Positions 58,661-64,000 of a DNA stretch of 64,000 nucleotides are shown here, one piece after another. Numbering within the stretch: position 1 is the first letter of the stretch; the number at the start of each line of letters is the position of its first letter. This DNA comes from Myxococcales bacterium (GTDB lineage Bacteria > Myxococcota_A > UBA9042 > JABWCM01 > BTVJ01): NCBI GenBank assembly GCA_045863395.1, contig BTVJ01000001.1, positions 160,001 to 224,000 on the forward strand, given 5' to 3'. The position numbers and the translations under genes were made by a program. The notes under the pieces are model-generated. The model ran no database searches, was not told the DNA's origin, and saw only the letters and a program-made list of their open reading frames with translations.

Positions 58661-60910
58661 CTACTGCTTCTGGCAAGGCATGAGCCCCTGGGCGTCGGTG
58701 CGGATGAGCCAGCCGTTGTAGCCGCCGCCCTCCACGCCGTAGCGGGCGCCGGCCAGCGCGAGCGTGCCGTCTGGCAGCTCCAGGGCGGTGTGCAGGTCCG
58801 AGGCGGCGGGCCACGCGCGGGACCAGGCCATCCCGCCGTCGGGGTGGAGCCGAAGGCCGCGGGCGTCGTCGAAGGAGCCGCGGCCCACAGCGAGGACTCC
58901 GCCGTCATCGAGCGCCACGACCGCGCGCGCCTCGCCGGTGCCGTAGCGGCCTGACCAGACGGGCTCGCCGCTGCACGTCACGCGAAGCACCCACATCTCG
59001 GAGCCCTGGCGCCCGGCGAGCACCGCGCCCCCGTCCGGCAGGGCAGCCACTCCGCCCACCGACTGGGCCTCGCCTTCGGTGGGATAGGCGTGCTGCCACA
59101 GCGGCTCGCCGGCGGCATCGGTCCGCGCGAGCCAGGGGCGCGCCGAGCCCACGCCGACGTGGTTCCCCGCGACGAGGTATCCGCCCGGCACGGCCGTGAT
59201 CGCCACTGGATGCTGCACGCCGTCGCCCCCGAAGATCGACGACTGCCCGATCACCTGGCCCTCGGCAGAGACGCGCATCAGCCACGCGTCGCCCTGGGTC
59301 GAGCCCGCGGCGATGAGCCCGTCCTGCGTCTGGAGCAGCGCCCAGAACGACCCGCCGTCGCCCTTGGCCTCCGATGCGATCTGCCAGATCACCTCGCCGT
59401 CGGGGTTGGCGCGGACGATCCAGCCGAGCTGCGGCCCGCTCAACGTATCGGTCGACCCGGCGAACGCAAAGCCGCCGTCCTCGAAGCCGACGACCGCTCG
59501 CGCCGCGTCGAAGTCCTGCGGCTCCGTGCCAGCGTAGGTCTTCTGCCAGGCGGCGTTCCCGCCGTGGTCTACGCGGACCACCCAGGCGTCGGTATGCCCG
59601 CCGCCGAAGGACTCGGTCGTGCCGGCAAGGATGAATCCGCCTGGTATGCCGGCGATCCCATGGACGACGTCGTCCTTGGCGCCGCCCCAGGCGCGCTCGA
59701 AGAATGGAGGGACACCGCCCGTACACGCGCCGGCCTTGCACGCCTCGCCGGCAGTGCACGCCTTGCCGTCATCGCAGGACGTTCCGTCCTGAACCGGGAC
59801 GTGCTGGCAGACGCCCGACGCGAGGCAGAGGTCCAAGGTGCAGGAGCTCCCGTCACCGCAGTCGGCGTCGGTTGCGCACGCGCAGGTCGTCGCCGCTGCC
59901 GCGCACGCGCCCTCGATGCAGGACTCCTCGCTCGTGCAGGAGTCGCCGTCGTCGCACTCCTTCGGGCTGCCCACGCACGCTCCGCCCTGGCAGGCATCGC
60001 CGACCGTGCAGGGGTCGCCGTCGTCGCACGGGCCCGCGACCGACGTGTGCGTGCAGGTGCCGCCTGTGCAGGAGTCGGCAGTGCAGGCGTTCGCGTCGTC
60101 GCAGAGCGTGCCCTCGTCGGTGGTGCCATCGCAGTCGTCGTCGGCTCCGTTGCAGGCCTCGGCGGCGGGCACGGGGGCCGGGCAGGACGTGTCGCTCAGC
60201 GCGTGCTCGCAGACGACCGTTCCCGTGCAGGTGCCGTGGACGTTGCTGCGCGTGCAGGTCGTCGTCGTTTGTGCAGCGACGGCGAGCTCCGAACAGTAGA
60301 AGCACTGCCCCAATGTCGGATGGCACGCGCCGCCGGTGCAGTGGGTGGCGGCCGGGCAGTCCGCGCCCCCTGCGCAGGCGACCAGGCAGGTATGGCCAGC
60401 GGCGCCGAGGTCGGTGCACACGAGGCCGGGAGCCGCGCCTGCGGTCTGGCAGTCCGCCGCGGTCTCGCAGGGCAGGCACATGCCGGGGGGATCCTGGCCA
60501 CCGGTGCCCTCGTCGAGTTCGGGGGGGACGTCGTCCGGAGGCGTCCAGTCAGGGCAGGCCGCCGTGTTCCAGAGATCGGGCGCATCCGGGAAATCGGAGG
60601 CGTCCATCGCGTCGGGTCCTGCGGTGCCCGCGGTGCCTCCGGCGTCGAGTGCGGCTGTGTCGGACGGAGTCGCGTCGGCGGACGTACCATCGAGGGTCGC
60701 GTCGCCCTCTACGGTGGCATCCGGTCCGGTGGCGTCCGCCGTCGCGGCGCCGTCGATGGCCGCATCCGCGGTCGTGGCGTCCGTGAGCACCGGCGTGTCC
60801 TGGCTCACGGAGTCGGTCGTTCCGACCTCGGTCGATGGGCCGTCGCACCCGAGCAGTGCGAACACGAGGGCCCAAGCGGTGAACTGCGAAGATTCGATGA
60901 TGCGTGTCAC
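58661..60910 (-). CDS. Cys-rich lipoprotein with an Asp/Thr/Ala stalk and a C-terminal beta-propeller
   Basis: GTG start with GGAGG RBS; lipobox LLGC; CDDGxxCTxD repeats; blades DAWVVRVDHGGNAAWQKTY and PWLARTDAAGEPLWQHAY. Confidence 0.75.
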   Translation of the reverse strand: MTRIIESSQFTAWALVFALLGCDGPSTEVGTTDSVSQDTPVLTDATTADAAIDGAATADATGPDATVEGDATLDGTSADATPSDTAALDAGGTAGTAGPDAMDASDFPDAPDLWNTAACPDWTPPDDVPPELDEGTGGQDPPGMCLPCETAADCQTAGAAPGLVCTDLGAAGHTCLVACAGGADCPAATHCTGGACHPTLGQCFYCSELAVAAQTTTTCTRSNVHGTCTGTVVCEHALSDTSCPAPVPAAEACNGADDDCDGTTDEGTLCDDANACTADSCTGGTCTHTSVAGPCDDGDPCTVGDACQGGACVGSPKECDDGDSCTSEESCIEGACAAAATTCACATDADCGDGSSCTLDLCLASGVCQHVPVQDGTSCDDGKACTAGEACKAGACTGGVPPFFERAWGGAKDDVVHGIAGIPGGFILAGTTESFGGGHTDAWVVRVDHGGNAAWQKTYAGTEPQDFDAARAVVGFEDGGFAFAGSTDTLSGPQLGWIVRANPDGEVIWQIASEAKGDGGSFWALLQTQDGLIAAGSTQGDAWLMRVSAEGQVIGQSSIFGGDGVQHPVAITAVPGGYLVAGNHVGVGSARPWLARTDAAGEPLWQHAYPTEGEAQSVGGVAALPDGGAVLAGRQGSEMWVLRVTCSGEPVWSGRYGTGEARAVVALDDGGVLAVGRGSFDDARGLRLHPDGGMAWSRAWPAASDLHTALELPDGTLALAGARYGVEGGGYNGWLIRTDAQGLMPCQKQ

Positions 60911-61033
60911 GGCGTTTGCCTCCTGACCATCACAGTAGGTCCCCGAACCTGGCACGTCCAATGATGGATCTTCATGACGTTCCATCAGATTGAGTGATGG
61001 GCTGGGCGGTCCGTGACAGCGGAGGGACGCGCC

Positions 61034-61507
61034 TGGGCACTGGCAACTAGAATTGCCCGCCAGTGACAACTACTGCTGGCCGTACGTGGGAGGCGTAGTT
61101 GTATGGTGCCCTACCTCAAGGAGGAGGGCGCGATGAAGACCGACGCTCAAGTGAAGAGGCTGATGATGGAGATGGAGAAGAGGCCGAGCCTGACCCGCGC
61201 CGCCGAGGCGGCGGACATGGCCCGGACGACGGCCAGGCGCTATCGCGACCTGGGGAAGCTTCCGTCGGAGTTGAAGGAGCCGCGGTCGTGGCGGACGCGC
61301 GCGGACCCCTTCGAGGAGGCGTGGCCTGAGGTGGTGGCGATGCTGGAGCAAGCACCTGAGCTCCAGGCGCCGTCGATCTTCGAGTACCTCAGCGAGTGCG
61401 CGGTGGATCTTGGGGCTGAGCCCTTTCAGGAGGGGCAGTTGCGAACGCTGTACCGGCGGATCAAGCAGTGGCGGGAACAGTACAGTGATGCGCCTGTTTG
61501 CCCCTGA
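61034..61507 (+). mobile_element. istA: IS21-family remnant: left end plus truncated istA
   Basis: ORF from 61133 with HTH (TARRY), RSWRTRADPF..W and GQLRTLYRRIKQWR, ending before the DDE domain; no istB; subterminal repeats CACTGGCAACTA (61038) and CAGTGACAACTA (61061). Confidence 0.82.
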
Positions 61508-61657
61508 CCACGCCCAGAGGCGCCGATGCCCGCTGACCCCGGTGCATGATCTCGCGACGCAGGCCCACGGGCCCACCAACCCACCGATGCGCCCGGCCCT
61601 TGCGGTGCGGGCGCTCCCGGTGGATTGGGGGACATGCGTCAAGGTGCGAGCCCGGCG

Positions 61658-63757
61658 TCAATCCAGGTCGCGCACGACCTTGCCGGCGGCGCGTGACTCG
61701 TCGACTCCGGCTCGGACCAGGTGGCGCTGGCAGAGGAGGCGCGGGCACTCGGCGCTCGCCCGGTAGGCTGCGCGGAGGACCGCGTTCTTGATTCGGCCGC
61801 CCGCCAGCTCGAAGCGCTCGCCCAGCTCCTCGAAGTCCACGTCGTCGCCGAGGGGGACCTGGCGGGGGACCAGGGTGCGCCAGATGCGGGCGCGCAGGTC
61901 GGCGTCCGGCTCCGGGAAGTGGATGCGGAAGAGGATGCGGCGCATCACCGCGTCATCGAGGGCGCTCATGAGATTCGTCGTCAAGAGCACGATGCCCTCG
62001 TAGCGCTCGATCTCCTGCAAGAGCAGGTTGATCTCCTGATTGGCGTAGCGGTCCGTCGCGCGCTCGATCTTCTCCACCCGCTTGCCGAACAGGGCGTCCG
62101 CCTCGTCGAAGAGCAGGATGGAGCGGCCGGCCCGTGCGCGGCGGAAGACCTCCTGGAGGTTGCGCTCCGTCTCGCCCACCCACTTGGACACGACGGATGG
62201 GATGTTGACGCGGCTCACGGGGCGCCCGAGCTCGGTGCCCAGGATCTCGCCGCACAGGGTCTTGCCGGTGCCGGGGGGCCCATCGAAGATGGAGATCACC
62301 CCCTTGCCTGTCGGCAGCCGGTCGCCGAAGCCCCAGGCATTGATCACGAACTCGTGGTTGCGGCAGGCGTTGAGGAGGTCGTGGACCTGGCCCTCCACGT
62401 CTGGCGGCAGCACCAGGTCCGCGAGCCCCAGGCGCGACTCGCTTGTCACCGCCAGGTCGTCGAGGCGGTTGCGGAGCTGGATGTCCGCCGCCTCGCGCAG
62501 CAGCGCCCCGTCGAGCGTGGGCTCCGACGGGTCTCGCGCCACCGCCTTGTTGAGGGCCAGCATCACCGTGTTCTTGATCATGCCGCCGGTGAAGTCGTAG
62601 GCCGCGGCCAGCTCGGCGAGGCTCGTGCCCTCGGTGATGGGCATCTCGGGCGGCAGGAGCGACTCATAGATGCGCTCGCGGGCGAGGCGGTCCGGCCGGG
62701 GAAAGTCCACCCGCAGGAGGACGCGCCGCTCCAGGGCCAGGTCCAGGTTCTCCGTGCGGTTGGTCGCGAGGATGGCGACCCCATCGAAGCGGTCGAGGAA
62801 CGCGAGGAGCGCCGCAAGGGCGGGACCACCTTCTGCAAACAGCGGGGCGCAGTCGTCGAAGAGCAGCACAGCGTCGCGGAGGCGCGCCTCGACGGCCAGC
62901 TCGTCGAGCACGTCCTCGGCGGCGGCCTGCGAGCGCATCATCTTGCTGACGAACACCCGCAGGAGCCGCGAGCCCATGCGGGTCGCCAGCGCCCGCGACA
63001 GCATGGACTTGCCGGTGCCCGGGGCGCCGACGAAGAGCAGCACGGCGCCGCGCCCGATGGGGAGCGCCTCGTCGTAGCCCCACCGGGCGAGGCGTTCGCG
63101 AAGAGAGGCGTGGGGCTCCAGGACGTCGAGGACCCGGCGCAGCAGCTCGTCGGGGAGGACGACGGAGTCGAAGGGGACCGAGGCTTCTTCCACCGCGCAC
63201 CACGGGGCGATCAGGTGGTGGAGTCCGGTCTCGCCCACCGCGAAGTGGACGATGCGCGGGTGCAGCGACACGGCCGACTGGAGGGCCGTTGCGCCTGCGG
63301 GGAGGTCCTGCACCACGAGGATGCGGTTTCGGACCAGCGCCCCTTGCGGGCCGATGGCGCGGCGGAGCGCGAGGGTCTCGTCCCAGGTGCGCGCGAACAG
63401 GCGCAGCAGCACCGCGGCGTCCAGGTGCTCCGACCACATTCCGCCGCGGAGCTGGCGAAGGAGCCCGGGCAGCTCCGGGTCCAGGTGGGGGGCGAGCGTC
63501 GTGGCCGTGACGTCCAGCTCCAGGGATGACAGCGAGAAGCGGCCGGCGAGCTGGAGCAGGGGCGGGCGCTCCTCGATGGGGCGCTTGCTCCACCGGCGGC
63601 GCGCGGCCTCCACCTCGCGGCTCAGGTCGCCCAGCAGGGCCGCGGCGCTCGCGCCGTCCGGGGCGAGCCGCGCCCGGATCAGGGCGCCCACCCGCTCGAC
63701 CTCCTGGTGGAGGTGGATGTCGTGGTCCGCGCCCGCGTTGCCACTCGTGTCGGCCAT
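61658..63757 (-). CDS. AAA+ ATPase with an N-terminal helical/winged-helix region and two AAA modules
   Basis: GAPGTGKS/LLFDDC and GPPGTGKT/LLFDEAD, SKWVGETERN, DRYAN and LLQEIE. Confidence 0.88.
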   Translation of the reverse strand: MADTSGNAGADHDIHLHQEVERVGALIRARLAPDGASAAALLGDLSREVEAARRRWSKRPIEERPPLLQLAGRFSLSSLELDVTATTLAPHLDPELPGLLRQLRGGMWSEHLDAAVLLRLFARTWDETLALRRAIGPQGALVRNRILVVQDLPAGATALQSAVSLHPRIVHFAVGETGLHHLIAPWCAVEEASVPFDSVVLPDELLRRVLDVLEPHASLRERLARWGYDEALPIGRGAVLLFVGAPGTGKSMLSRALATRMGSRLLRVFVSKMMRSQAAAEDVLDELAVEARLRDAVLLFDDCAPLFAEGGPALAALLAFLDRFDGVAILATNRTENLDLALERRVLLRVDFPRPDRLARERIYESLLPPEMPITEGTSLAELAAAYDFTGGMIKNTVMLALNKAVARDPSEPTLDGALLREAADIQLRNRLDDLAVTSESRLGLADLVLPPDVEGQVHDLLNACRNHEFVINAWGFGDRLPTGKGVISIFDGPPGTGKTLCGEILGTELGRPVSRVNIPSVVSKWVGETERNLQEVFRRARAGRSILLFDEADALFGKRVEKIERATDRYANQEINLLLQEIERYEGIVLLTTNLMSALDDAVMRRILFRIHFPEPDADLRARIWRTLVPRQVPLGDDVDFEELGERFELAGGRIKNAVLRAAYRASAECPRLLCQRHLVRAGVDESRAAGKVVRDLD

Positions 63758-63773
63758 CGGTATCCTCTCGCCC

Positions 63774-64000
63774 ATGGGACGCATCCTCTACCCGCTCGCT
63801 GGCGCCATCCTCGGCTACGTGCTCACGGTGCTCGTCGTCTTCTTCGCCTTCAAGTGGATCATTGGCGGCAAGGGCCTGGAGCTGCTAGGCGTGGCGTTGA
63901 TGACCTACCTCGCCATCGGGCCCGCGGGCGCCATGGGCGGCCTCATCCTGGGCTACCGTCTGTGGGCCCGGCGCCACACCGACGCCCTCATCCGGGACCT
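63774..64000 (+). CDS. Small membrane protein (partial, runs off the window)
   Basis: Manual translation MGRILYPLAGAILGYVLTVLVVFFAFKWIIGG..LMTYLAIGPAGAMGGLILGYRLW, two TMs, good codon usage. Confidence 0.6.
   Translation, partial: MGRILYPLAGAILGYVLTVLVVFFAFKWIIGGKGLELLGVALMTYLAIGPAGAMGGLILGYRLWARRHTDALIRD

Overview
A very GC-rich, gene-dense bacterial chromosome segment. The gene content (Cys-rich surface lipoproteins, Ser/Thr kinases, PEGA/TPR proteins, sigma54 promoters, PilQ next to aro/efp genes) suggests Myxococcota or a related deltaproteobacterial lineage; this is an inference. In order, the window holds: a USP, GT2 and CYTH gene; a three-gene 2-hydroxyacyl-CoA dehydratase plus activase; a membrane multiheme cytochrome c and system II ccs genes, with a Spy/ZraP-sensor kinase-sigma54 activator module between them; a sigma54 operon of biotinyl-like carrier, GT4, methyltransferase and aroC, divergent from a PLP enzyme plus ATP-grasp pair; HEAT-repeat and YfhO proteins; a long minus-strand run (Cys-rich propeller lipoprotein, GspE/PilB ATPase, giant PilQ, aroK, aroB, aroQ, efp, TPR protein, ComEC-MBL/ComEA fusion); and an accessory end region (AAA_14 ATPase, frameshifted nucleotidyltransferase toxin-antitoxin pair, kinase-ATPase-TPR protein, IS21 remnant, double AAA ATPase). 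Two features stand out. One is a 1518-aa PilQ secretin with a ~770-aa coiled-coil insertion and six 32-aa tandem repeats. The other is a highly acidic biotin-carrier homologue whose biotinylation Lys is replaced by Asp, next to an orphan ATP-grasp/PLP pair. I saw no rRNA, tRNA or CRISPR array. All family assignments come from motif recognition by eye, not database searches.
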